Below are positions 13,850 to 26,900 of a stretch of 64,000 nt of DNA, in pieces. The stretch comes from Azolla caroliniana (Eukaryota; Plantae; Polypodiophyta). The stretch's first letter is position 1, and each line of letters begins with the position of its first letter. The stretch spans positions 18,600,001-18,664,000 of the forward strand of contig JBHGNT010000002.1 of assembly GCA_043228905.1 (NCBI GenBank), written 5' to 3'. The position numbers and the translations under genes are program-made. The notes under the pieces were generated by a model, which saw only the letters and a list, made by a program, of their open reading frames with translations, ran no database searches and had not been told where the DNA came from.

Positions 13850-14990
13850 GGCAGTAGTCCTACGCCTATACGCACCAGGCGCATATGCGATTCTGCTCTA
13901 CATCGAGGGAATTCACATGCTCCATGGATTGGCTGACGACAAAGTCGACCAATATTTAGATGAGAACCCAAAACTAGTACCGCTATTTAAAATCTATGTA
14001 ATCGAAGCGGTCAGTCCATACGTGTCCAGGAGGGACATCAAGACAGAGGAGAACTTATGGGAGCTTGACCCAAAAATCTGTGGAAGAACTACATCAAGCT
14101 CAAGAGGCCCAAGAACAAGAAAAGGTTATATCCTAGCGCATGGAGGCATCAACGTTGCAGGAAGTCGATTTAGGGATGACATATGATCCCCCGCCGACTA
14201 AGGTAGCCAAGGAGTTGCCGCCCGCCAAGAAATTGGTAAGAATGGAACTATTAAGGGAATATAAAGATGTGTTTGTGTGGAAATACAATGACATACCGGG
14301 TCTCAACCGCAGGTTTTATCAACACTAGATACATCTCAACAAGGACACAAAACCGGTACAATAGAGGCAGTACTAGATGAATCTGAATTACATGGCCAAG
14401 GTAAAAGAGAAAATCGAAAAGGTCTTGCAAGTCGGTTTCATTCGGCTAGGTAAGAAAGCAACATGTCTAAGTCCAATCATGGTTGTGCCGAAAAAGCAAC
14501 CACGGACACATTTCCCCTGCCATTCATAGACGGCATATTAGACATTGTAGCAAGGCACGACATCTACAGCTTCCTAGACGGTTTCAATGGGTACAATCAA
14601 ATCCGGATGCATCCAAATGATCAGGAAAAGACGACGTTCATCACAGAATGGGGTGTTTTCGTGGTGGTCGTCATGATGTTCGTCCTAAAAACGGCACCTA
14701 TAACATTCCAGCGAATCATCATGGAAATATTCGATGATTACATTCCTGCATTTTTGCAGTTATTTTTGCAGTCCACAGTAGACATATCGAACATCTAGAA
14801 CATCTAGGACTCTGCTTGGACAAATGTCGGGCAATTCTATTCAAATTGAACTCCATGAAATGCACATTCGATGTCACCAGCAAAGCGCTACTGGGACATC
14901 GTCTGCCAGGAAGGAATCACAGTAGATCCCAACAACGTCAAAGCGATAATCAAGGCTCCAGCACCAAAGAACGTGAATGCCTTGAGCTGA
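13850..14990 (+). mobile_element. Ty3/gypsy reverse transcriptase fragment
   Basis: LLREYKDVFVW.YNDIPGL and DTFPLPFID..YSFLDGFNGYNQIRMHPNDQEKTTFITEWG. Confidence 0.88.
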
Positions 14991-14999
14991 TTTTTAGCA

Positions 15000-17430
15000 C
15001 TATTATCAACAAAAGATAAGCACATGGGCTGAAAGTACAAGCCAAAGAGCACTTGGGCCGGCATGACTTAGACCAAAATACTCCACAATGGATCATTGTC
15101 ACATTGAGAGTAATCATGAAAGAGAGTCAACTACAAGGAAAAACAACTTATTGTTGTTTTGTTGATTTCAAGAAAGCTTTTGATACCGTACCACGAAGTG
15201 AGCTTTGGAATAGAATGGTAGAGATTGACATGCCATTGGAGTATCGAGTTGTTGTTGCACGCCTATATGAACAAGTTAAATGCCAACTAAAATTTAATAG
15301 TGGATTCTAAAAGCACTTTTTAAGTAACATGGGGGTCAATCAAGGATGTCCACTATCACCCACACTTTTTGGCTTATGTATTGATAAATTAGAAGAAGTG
15401 GTGAATAAGGTTGCAAGAGAAGAAGGATTGAATACCTCCCAAATTGATACAACATGTTTGCTTTTTATATGTAGATGATGTGGTACTCTTCTCATACATA
15501 TGATGTTCATAGTATGCAACATTTACTTGGGGTATTAGAAGAATTTTGCCATAATGGTGGACTAGGAGTGAATGTGGAGGAAACAAAATTGATGGCAGTG
15601 CAAAGCATCCAACCCCATCATTACCCTATGGTCACATATAGAGGTGAACATGATACAATTTGTTCAAAGATTTAAATATCTTGGTATTGATGTACCCGCC
15701 ACAAATAAATGGAGTGCATGCTTTGATTCGTTGTCTAGACCTATTCGTTGGTGAGACAGTCAACGTGGATCCTCGTGTTGACCTCATATGCCTCTAGGTG
15801 GAGGGGCGCATTAGCTTTTTTGATATAACCACACAGACTGTGTCTTTTCAACCAGATGCACAAATCAAAGGACACTTCGATCAGCATGGCTGCATCTTCT
15901 TCTACGTTTGAGAGGTTTCGGGGTGGGAGTCTATTGTTATGTGCATTACAACAGGAGTGAATGTGGAGGAAACAAAAATTATGGCAGTGCAAAATATCCA
16001 ACCCCATCATTACCCTATGCTCACATATAGAGGTGGACATGATACAATTTGTTCAAAGCTTTAAATATCTTGGTATTGATGTACCCGCCACAAATAAATG
16101 GAGTGCATGCTTTGATTCTCGGCTTCAACCCGGTTGGGAATCATATTACCTTTTGGAGAACCAATGCAACCAAAGTGATACTTGTGGATGGGAAGTAAAG
16201 TAATGTTGTTCAATGCCATGGTAACTTGACAAGTATTGCTTTATGGAGTAGAAATATGGGGTGACACTATCTCTCTTAATGCATGGAATAAGATTGAGAA
16301 AATTCAAAAGATGTTTTTAAGGAGGCAATTAGGAATTAAATGCACTACCGCTTACCAAGTTATGGTCTTGAAAACACGTGTTCGGCCCAGAGATATAAGC
16401 ACTCCAAAGAGTATATAGATATATTGCAAAAGTCAAGAATATGCCGAATCATCGATTGCCACATCTTGCTTGAATGTTAGATGTAAGTTACAAACGAGTC
16501 ATAAGAGTAAAAATCTCTCATCCGGTTGGGTTGTTGACATAAGAAAATGGTTCAATAGATAAAATATGGATGATCTTTTAAAGTTTACAAGCGATGTTAT
16601 GCATTATGTAATGATTGAGAAAGGTTGGGGGGAATCATTAAGGATGAAATGGGAAGATGCTAAGAGGACAAAGCTAGAATACTACATTGCAAAAATTAAC
16701 CCTAAATGTTGGTCTCAATATAAGGCAAGAATGCCTATTGATCGTATCCAACCTTATCTTTCTTTTTTTCCAAAAGATTTCCTTCATTAGTATTAAGAAA
16801 ACAGCCAAAAGGCTACAAAATGTACAATCAGAAAGTGTTATATACAAAAGAGAAGGTTTGGGCAAGGACTAGGGGTGATGATATTTCCATATTGGTTCTT
16901 GAGAGGAAACTGTGAATAGAGGCAGCTTCCTCCAGAACTGTAGTAATTTTTTCTTTTTCTTAAGAACAACCTCATACGAGCCTGACATATTGTCATATTG
17001 TCATATCCAACCTTATCTCGTTACCAATATGAGTAGTATTGCTCGTTGAGCACTCACACTACTTCACGCTCGATCTCACACGTTGGGTATTGAAGTTGCA
17101 TCATGGAATCAAAATGTAACGAATTTGAGGGCATGTGAAGTATGCAATGAAGGCATGGTAGAGGATGAATGTCACTTGCTCTTCACATGCTCGGCATATA
17201 TTGCAATTCACTCAAGAAATGATGACATATTAAGAGGGAGTGATAACTTAAGTGCCATACTTAAGACACCACCTTCACATATGCCTTATTCACACGTAAA
17301 CACTAAATCCTTCAAGGTATGAATACCCCTTTTTAAGAAAGAGACACATATCAAGAACACATGTATACTCTAGTCCCGTAGGTCAAAAATGGCCTCTTTA
17401 TGGACGATAAAAAATTCTAATTCTAATTCT
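15000..17430 (+). mobile_element. 5'-truncated RTE-like LINE (RT, C-terminal Cys/His motif, short-repeat tail)
   Basis: CFVDFKKAFDTVPR, QGCPLSPTLFGL, YVDD, FKYLGI, LYGVEIWG, CEVC..VEDECHLLFTC; ends in (AATTCT)n at ~17413-17430. Confidence 0.88.
16760..17003 (-). mobile_element. Short retro-insertion with 15-bp TSD inside the LINE
   Basis: TATCCAACCTTATCT at 16745-16759 and 17004-17018; a T-rich run at the left end is consistent with an antisense poly(A) remnant. Confidence 0.75.
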
Positions 17431-17463
17431 CTCTCTCTCTCGTTTATTTCTCACACAATCAGT

Positions 17464-17559
17464 AGACTTATAACCTCTCCCACAGACAATGTCAATCGTT
17501 TTATGGTATGCAGACTTATAACCTCTCCCACAAACAATGTCAATCGTTTTATGGTATGC
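17464..17559. repeat. 48-bp tandem duplication downstream of the MADS stop codon
   Basis: AGACTTATAACCTCTCCCACA(G/A)ACAATGTCAATCGTTTTATGGTATGC x2. Confidence 0.95.
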
Positions 17560-17718
17560 GTAAAGAAAATAACGTTTCAAATGATTAATTCATATATGTA
17601 CATGTAAACAAGAAAGTAAATTCCAAATACAAGCAAGCAAAGCAACGTTTTGATTATCTACAATATTACGCCTAGGTACCATTTCCAAAACTATCTCAGC
17701 TAGATCGATGAGTTTTTT

Positions 17719-17982
17719 TTATAAATCATATAGTGGAGAAAGAAAAGAGTGGAGATGAAAGAATGTAATTATAACATGCCTGAGCTGCGAAAGGTCATCA
17801 TTCTTGTAGGCGCTACCAACATCATCACATTCTTTTGTTGCACTACTGACCTTGCCGCCGCCATCATCATCATCATCATGGCTACCAACAGAGGAGGTGA
17901 AGCTCATCATTGTCTTTTCTTCTTCTTCTTCTTCCTCTTCTTCCAAGTCCAGACCATGATCATAAGGTCTTAATTCCATCAA
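17719..17982 (-). CDS. MADS gene exon 7 (acidic C-terminal domain)
   Basis: ttgtag|[23 protein letters not shown]...NDDLSQLR. It either reads through to the stop at 17719 or ends at a GC donor after 17780. Confidence 0.8.
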   Translation of the reverse strand: MMELRPYDHGLDLEEEEEEEEEKTMMSFTSSVGSHDDDDDGGGKVSSATKECDDVGSAYKNDDLSQLRHVIITFFHLHSFLSPLYDL

Positions 17983-20900
17983 CTACAACACGTATATATG
18001 TATATAGACACACACACACACACACACATTAGTCATGTGTATGTGTATGTGTGTGTAGTGAAAGAGAGAGACAGAGATTGTTTTCAATTCAGCTTCAATG
18101 TTTATGTATATATATGAAGCAGCACTAGCAGATAAAGTGAATAATGCTAACGAAATAAATAGATAGATGTTTGTGAGGTGTCTCACCTCCTTCCTCAACC
18201 TCTCATTCTCTTGCATGAGCTCTCTTTGCTGCCCAAATGATTATGTAACAAGATACCATTAATTTTACGTATAAAGACATGCAGACATACATCTCTACAC
18301 AACACCGACATTCATTGATAATGCATAGGAACTAACCTTCTGGACTCTTTTCTCCAAGCTCATCAACATCACTTCCGTCTAATTTTATTCAAAACATAGT
18401 CAAAATAAGTAAGCTATATTTTAACGCGAAACATCTTGATGTGCCCAGTATTTAAATTCATTCATTTTCTAATGTCACATCTTATAATTCATGCTCAACC
18501 AAAAGTAAGAAAAACACCACACATTCTATAGTACTGCATGGTACACATAAAAAGCATAGAAAATGATAGAACTTAATTCCTTAAGGCTTGACTCAACATG
18601 AACAGAACGTTAAAGAGCATGTGTTTGGGTTGAGTGTTTGGATTGAATGTCCATGTTACCGTAAACTGATGGATGGTTCTGAGCCCCTTTTCTACATCCT
18701 CCTCCAACTTTCCCAGATCCTCATATGATAGCTTCCGTAGTGCTTCTGTTTCACCGGTTCTCAATCTGCAAACGCGCACATTGATAAACAAATTCGCTCT
18801 TTTTGTAATACATTACAGTATTGCTTGCAAACAAGAATCTTAGAACGGAGATGTCGCCAACCAACTTTGGGGAGATACGTAGTTGATGGCAATGATCTCA
18901 GTAGCAGTGAATGTGAGGTGATATGAATATCCATAAACAATGGCTAGGATGAAATGATCCCTAAGGACAATATATTTGCCTTCAAAATGGAGTCTTTCAA
19001 ACCAGAAAGTAGTGTTCCTCTGTATCTTTTGAGACATGTACCAAGATTGTACAAAAACATACATAGGAAAAAAAATCCTATATATTATGATCTGCACAAT
19101 TTCCCTTGGGCAATACATTACTCAGTGGTGGGACACCTCGAATGGATGTAAAACCCACATGCAAATCCTAGATATGGCAACCAATCTAACGACAGACATG
19201 AAAATTAACATAAAAGGAATGATCAAACTGAGACAAGCACCTACACCACACTCACATGCACAGAAAGTGAAACATTTAATGACTGTAACGAACTACTCAT
19301 GGTATTAAACCCAATACTCAAAACTTCGAAGATGTTACATTCACCCTAAGTATATGGACAGATAATATACCTTTGCTCTCGCTGAAGCCTCTCCACTTCA
19401 TTCCGCAACATCATTACCTCCTGACTCAAAATATACATTGTCACCTTTGTATAATACAATAGAACTAAAGAGACAGATATCCAAGTATATTACATTAAAG
19501 TGTTTGAGTGTGTATATGATCTATTAAAAAAATGTAAAACCATCAAATCATTTTGATTCACTCTTTTCCAGCAGCCCAGCAGCCATAGTGTGCACATATT
19601 CCCGAATGCTCCCTTGTAGAAAAGCATATGCATAGCAGCAATTGGCAATTACACCATATGCATATGCAAAAACTACCCATAACAGGTATAATTGTCCGTT
19701 CCTTTTAAGGTATTTTGTAAACCATCCGACAACGAGCAGTCATAACATTACCAAGGAGTAGAGAAATGATAACTGTCAAGGCAACATATTGTCAAAACAT
19801 CAAAAACTGTTAATAAACAAATTCACAATTTTAATACACCTGTAGATATAATTCAACTAATAAATATCGGCCCACATCAATTAGGTAACCAATTGGTCCA
19901 TATTTGTTAGGGAAATTCCTAAGACGCAATCATAACATGATTGGAATAGAAATGAATGCAAGTCATCCACATGCATCGAACCAAGTATAGATATTAAAAG
20001 AATCCCAACACATTTCCGCACCTTCGGAGAGCATTAATCCAAGTATAAGTGTCATAACAGAATAGCAAAAACAAACAACCGAAGAATGTTTCTGGATATT
20101 AAATGACTAAATAATGGTAGATTGGTCACTTCCAAGGATACGACAGTATAATTCAATACAATATTTGAAGCTTGAAAGTAAAAGAAAGATGCACATGATC
20201 GGTACAGTTGAGAAAATTAAGCAAATTTTCTGATAAGCCAGATTAGCAAGAACGGAAATAACAGCTAAGGTAACACACACACAAATTTGATAACGAAGTT
20301 CACCCAATTGTAGCTAAATCTCCGGAATTGCCACCGATCGTTTCCGAAAAGGAGAAAATATACAAAATGTTTATATCAGTTGACAACTCATAACCCGCTA
20401 CTATCTTTGTCAACATATTTTCTTCATTATTAACAGCTCATCTTGGAAGATTTGATAAATTGATAATGATGTCCAATATGCTTGGTTGTAGAATGAAATG
20501 TTTCAATTATTTGCCAAGTTTATTGCATTGTCACTATCTCTATGCCTCAATACACTTAAATCTCTTTTCTAGCTTCAGTCATTGCTACATACTTAACCTT
20601 TGTAGTGGATATAGTGACAATCTTTTATAGCTATGACATCCGACATCTGACGAAAGGTTGAATTATAAGAGTGAATATATTATGATCCGTGATGCTTTTT
20701 ATGGACTTCACCTCCGAAGTCTACATCTACATAGCCTTGTACTTTTAACCCACCCTTACCACAGTACAAACACTTCTTTCAATGAGCTCTCCCTCAAATT
20801 GCTATAAATTTGAGGATGTCTAGTCTCATACAAACCATTGCGTACATCAAACAACGTCCAATGGGTAAAGCATAAAGAATCTTAGCCATGAGATCTCTCC

Positions 20901-23900
20901 TTTCCTTCATCTACAGGGATTGATCCTTGGATAATTGAAGAGACTTTCTGAGAGTTTGCTAATTAACTTTGCATCAACAATGTTAAATGTCTACAAAAAA
21001 TAATTGATATACTTAAAACAGAAATAACTGTGAAACACCTCTATGCTTATCTCTTGTGATTTGCATTCCAAGAATCTGCTTTCTTGGACCCAAGTGTTTC
21101 ATGTCAAACTCCTCTGACAATTGTTGATTCAACCTTCTAATATTATCCATATTAAAACCTTCTCCGAACATATTATCAACGTCAAGTAGTAAGTTGATAG
21201 CTAGACTTATATGTTATGAAGTAGGGATAGTGATCAACCTTGCACTTCTGAATACCTTCCTTGTGCATGAAGCCATCAAACTTTCTATACCACTTTCTCG
21301 GGGTTTTTGCATGTATATCTCCTCATGCACGTATCTATCCAAATCCTTATAGCTCTTTCTATCAACGTTTGGTTCATATGTCCTGCTACACCATTGTGTT
21401 GAGTTGTACCTGACACAGTCCTCTCCATTCTGATCTCGTGCTCATAGCAAAAGTTCTTAAGAAGTCTCTTATAACAGTCCACCTTCCTACCTAGAGATGT
21501 TGTAGGGTTTATCCATATTATTTTATTTTCCAAGTTGATAATATCAGTTCAGATCTCTCTATTCTTTTCCATTATGGTCATGATTTAGATGAAAACAACT
21601 CAAGCTATATAAGAACTGAGGTAGTGCGTTTATGCTTATGCCATGTGACTTGAAACATTGTTCCAATTTAGCATAACAACAATGACTAACTCCATGCTCA
21701 ACAGTTTATTTTGATGAAATAAATGAAAACCTTGACTACCTTCGTTTATGAAGATTCGAGAGACATTTAATACTAGTCACTTATAATAATAAAATGTCGT
21801 TCCACATATCTTTACTCAAACTATATGATGTGACACCAATTTTTCACTCCTCATACGTTGGATCATTGAGACTGAAGATATCTCTAAATCTTTCAGACAG
21901 CTTGCACTTGGAACAATTCTTTATCCAAAAGATGAATTAAATTTTTGAGGAAATAGGTTCCCAAAAGTTAATGCATGTGATATTCAATAATCAGTCATAT
22001 TATGTTTCTATAGGGAGCTTAATTAAGAACGTGTATAAGCGCACAATATAACTTCCTCATATGCACTCCATAACATCACCTTATAGTTCAAAGATATTGA
22101 AAAATTTGTTTGAATCCAAAAAGCCAATCTCACAAGCGGAAATATTATTATCAAGAAAGAAGGTATCTTTCTTAATTTATCACCAAGTATGCAAAGTTAG
22201 ACCTCATGGAACATATGTAGACATGGTATGGACTAAGGTTCATTATGATATATCGATTAACCCAAAAAATATGGCAGATTTTGAGATAAAACCGTGATCT
22301 AAGATTTCTTGCTTGCTTTGAATGACCCCAACTTAAAGAAAGTGAGATAGTTCAACTTTTCTTACGAGATTCCAAGTGTGAAATGCACATAAGAGATCAA
22401 AACAAGTCTACTTAGTTTCTTACGTCTTGCTCAATTTATAGTCGATACAAAGGTACCCCGTTTGGGTTGGCTTAGCTACATGCATGCTAAAAAGGGTGTG
22501 CTAAAAGGGTGGTACGTAGGAACACATGCACACCACATTTCCCCCTTGAGAGAAACAAGAGATTGAGGAACAAGAACAAGAACTATGGCTTGTCGAAGGA
22601 GGGGGAGCATTTGTTAGAGATAGAGCCCCCAAGTGGCACTATCCATGTTGGCAAGTTTCGAATGGATATCAATGGACGATTCTAGTGGGAGGCGAGGGTC
22701 ACGCCCATAGAGTGCTTGAAAAGGGCTGATTCGTGTTGACACTTGTGCGGATGTATTGTAAGCATGGGTGACGAAAGGCAAGGTTTGATCCCAGGTTTTC
22801 GGCAATCTTCTTCTTGAGGGTATTGTTCACGCGTTCTGTGAGGCCATTTGTCTGAGGATGGTATGGGGACATAAACACCTCCTTGACACCTAATTGAGTT
22901 GCAACGACGTTGAGGACATCCCTGTGGAACTAGCGGCCCTGAGAAGATAATAGTGGGACGAGGTTAGTGATGGAAAACGAGCTAGCAATTGGCGAATAGA
23001 TATCAATCGCGCCAGTGGACTGAGAGCCACCTAGACTTCACTAAGGTTGGGGACATGAGAGCTATTGTGTAGAAATGCACATAAGAGATCAAAACCAATC
23101 TACTTAGCTTCTTACTTCTTGCTCAATTTATAGTCGATACAAAGGTACCCATTTGGGTTGGGTTCACTACATGCATGCTAAAAAGGTGGCACAAAGGAAC
23201 ACATGCACACCACACAAGAATCAGAATTTCTTTCAACAAATTACATGCCTTTTGCAACCAATGTATTCTTTACTATGGATTTCTTGATTGCATGACATGC
23301 ATTTTAACATAATTAAAAATATAAAAACCAAGGTATTAGCTCATTAGAATAGGTTTAGTTGACCAATTGTTAAGTACATACTTGTCGTACATAATATCAT
23401 TCATGAAGACATTGCCACCATCCTAGGCACCCAGGTCAATGGATCATAAAAGAAAAGGTGAACAAAACAAAAACTCCCTTCAAAGCTCTAAGAGAAAGGG
23501 TCACCCCAATGTGAAAGAGGTCAACCCTTGTTGTAGAAGGCGACAAATGTCAGTTTTGGTGAATATTGTAGCCCTTCTTCCCTCTTGAGTTTTCCTTTTT
23601 TCCGATAACCTAAGCTTGAGTTCTCCCTGATTTCCATAACCTTTCACTAGAGTGATAGAGTGATCAATGTTAAGAACTATTAGCTATACCATAATCATTT
23701 CTGATTTTCAATGTGTGTTGGGAACTCTTATATTGATTATTAACATGGGCTAGCATGACCATATATATTATTTATCTTCTATTAGATGCGTGTATCTATA
23801 CTTTTTAAACTCTTCTTAGGATGAACTTAGTGTCTTAATTAAGAGTTAACACAATGAAGTGTGAGTAAGAGTTAACAAGGTTAGGGCTATGCAACTAAAT

Positions 23901-26900
23901 GCTCAAGAGTGATTGACTACTACTCTTGCTCGGTTAACTACCAATAGGGTATATGATTGCCTAAATCCTTTGGCTCATGACATTAATTTGGTGGTAGAAG
24001 TATGTCGATCAAAAAAATGTCTTGAGACGACACAACAATCCATGTTGTTGCCATTTAACCAATACCTTATAGATAGATAGAATGTTAGATTTTATAATCA
24101 TCCTCGAAGGCCAAATATGACCTATGAGACCGTTTTTTTATTTTCACATAGTACATGTAAAAGTGAGTAGGAACTCTTAGTGTTCAAGAACTTTAATAAT
24201 GATTGTTGCAATTGAGAGAGCACACTAAGTTTGTGAGAGAAATTCATGGAAGGATTGTGTGTGGTCGAAGATGGAGAGATTAGACTAGGGACATAGTAAA
24301 TTTAGAGCTTCATTCGAGTTGGGTGACATACTTGCGTCACATATTTGAAGAGCATCACGAGAAAGTTGATAAGCTAAAAATGGGCTAACAACCTTCCATT
24401 GAGACTAAAGCTTTTTTTGTAGGGAGTTGTGTATAAGGTCTACTAAAGCATATTCCATCCAGTGAATTTTTTCAACTTGGAAGCAATCAATTCTAGTGGG
24501 GATGGAAATTTTTACCACAAAGCAATCAATAGTGAGTTTAAAGAGTGTGGGAGATATGTATAACCAAGCTTATCTAATCAAGAGATGAAGAGAATCTGAA
24601 AGGTACATGCCGTTGGTAATTTTGTAAATCTTTTGAGCATTTGGAGGCACATTTTTCTTAAATGAAGTTAAATTATGGTTATCAAACAAAGAGTCTTTAC
24701 AAAGGTGGATTTCTTTATGGGGGTGGACAATATTTATTTGAAAGTGATGTTTTGTCAATTGATTCAATATTTTATTGTTAACAATCAATGATTTCTTTTT
24801 CAATTTCCTTACCTAACAAAATTCCATTTTAAATGTGACATGAGACATAATACTACAAAGAACAATTCATAGTATTTTTCACGAACTAAAAGATTGCATA
24901 AACATCTTTTAGCCAACCATTCAACTATTTGTTTTGGCTAAACTCAAGAGACATACATTCACTGTAAAAGTATTAGAAAGTTGCCACGAAACGACCTTAA
25001 ATACATGCCACACTCCAAACTTAGGCTTTTAACTTTTCTTATTTACTATTTGCCTTATTAGCTATTCGATATCATCAGATGTTCCTTTGTACAATGCGCT
25101 CACATCTAACATTCTCTTCATCAACGTTTACACAATAATATTTCCCAAAGGTTGGCAATTAACATTATTTCACAAAACCTGGAAAGTAACTATTCGGCAA
25201 TGCCAATTTACTACTCAAAGTGTACATTCTACCATGATGGTCACCTTATGCCAAATGCATCGCAAAACTTAAGTATGAGGGTTTCATTATTTTATGTTTA
25301 ATGTTTTTTGCACATAAATTCGCCACCTTCATTATCATGTTGTTATTACACTACCAATGAATGTTTTATGTACATCATATTCATATTGCAAGTTTCATGA
25401 GAGACTTGAAACTTCCCTTCTAACTATTTTGTGATATAAATTATTAACTTTATCGATGTGGTGGTCATCATTATGCCAATCATAGCCAAGCATGATAAAC
25501 TCCTACAAAAAACAAATCAACATAGTATGATACCTAGCCCTAAAACACCTCCAATTTTGTCACTCAACAACATGATTTCCCCCCACTCCATCAAAAGTGT
25601 CAAGGAATTCATACTTGGAATCAATGGCATAAAGTGCACGTAAATTCAAAACATGAAAAGAAATCTCTTCAGTATCCAAATCATTCTTAAGTGCCTTTAC
25701 AAACATGTGGATAATTTTGATTTGGTTAAGTTTAGATCAATCTAGAACCTCTATGCATTTGAAAGTTATTTTTAGGGAATCACTAGGCAACAATTTGTTA
25801 TTGGGGAGACATCAAGGTTGATTTCTATATCTCAATTTCTAAGTAATGGCAATCAAGTATTTGCCAATATCCAATATTTTTGACTTGGGACCCTTCTACC
25901 TATGCTTAACCTCCACGTCATGCTAGGTAATTGGTTTGGAAGTTCAAACATTTCCTCAACTTTTGCACCCCTCTTATATTTGACATGGTCAAAATGTGGA
26001 CAAAGATCATATTTGTACTTACAATCCGCATCCCTTTCTGTTTTATTTCTGTTGAGAATCAAGCTCAAATCCTATGAACGTGTGCTTATGAAGAAAAGCA
26101 CAATGTATGAAACAGTGTGTGAGGATACTTTATTGTGGCAGTCCCTTGAGGACTTGTATATAAATTACCCTTGGCTTATTGTGATCAGTTGAAGATCTTT
26201 AGTTAATTAATATAGTTTTCTCTTTGGTGCATACGTTGTCATCCCACTATTGTGTATTTAATTATTTCAGTTATTTTCTCTTGCTCACACTCGCATTACG
26301 CTTCCGCATACCCCAATTCTATGAGACTTAGATTCTTTACATGGTATCAGAGTGTGAGGCTTGGAGATCCTTCACCGAGCTTTATCATTGAAACTTTGTG
26401 AGTAGCTAAAGACGTTGTTTCATACAAGCGATCATTGTTGTGTTTTCGCACGACAAGATGTTCACATCAAGAGGAGCATAGGAATCAAGGTAAATCAAAA
26501 AGATAAAATACCACATATGCGTAGCGCACTTCCAACAGAGAGGGTTACAGAACTTATATTGAGGGAGCTGAATAAAAAGCCCAAGATATTATAAACCCTA
26601 ACTACCCTTGACTTACTCGACTCAATCAATGTCATAGTCAACAATGACGAAATGATGCATATCTGCCTTGGCAGCCTCACACATAAGTATAGCGCATTTC
26701 AGACCTCCATAACAACCCATGCCAGTGGTCAAGGAGAACCATACGTGGTCAAAAATCACGACATCTTGTATGCTATATACACAGAAAGATCTAGGAATGG
26801 CCTAGGAAGCGATGCACGAGGTCCACAACAATTTAATTTGGAAAACAAGAAGGTTGACGGAGGCGAGGATATTTTGGTAGAGGGTGTATCTTCGACCAGC

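Noticed and set aside
23300-26000. Possible further TE relics (also 7300-9800, 30630-32300, 40600-41250 and 43050-45400)
   Set aside because: They look repeat-derived, but I could not identify diagnostic motifs or boundaries; a repeat-library search is needed.
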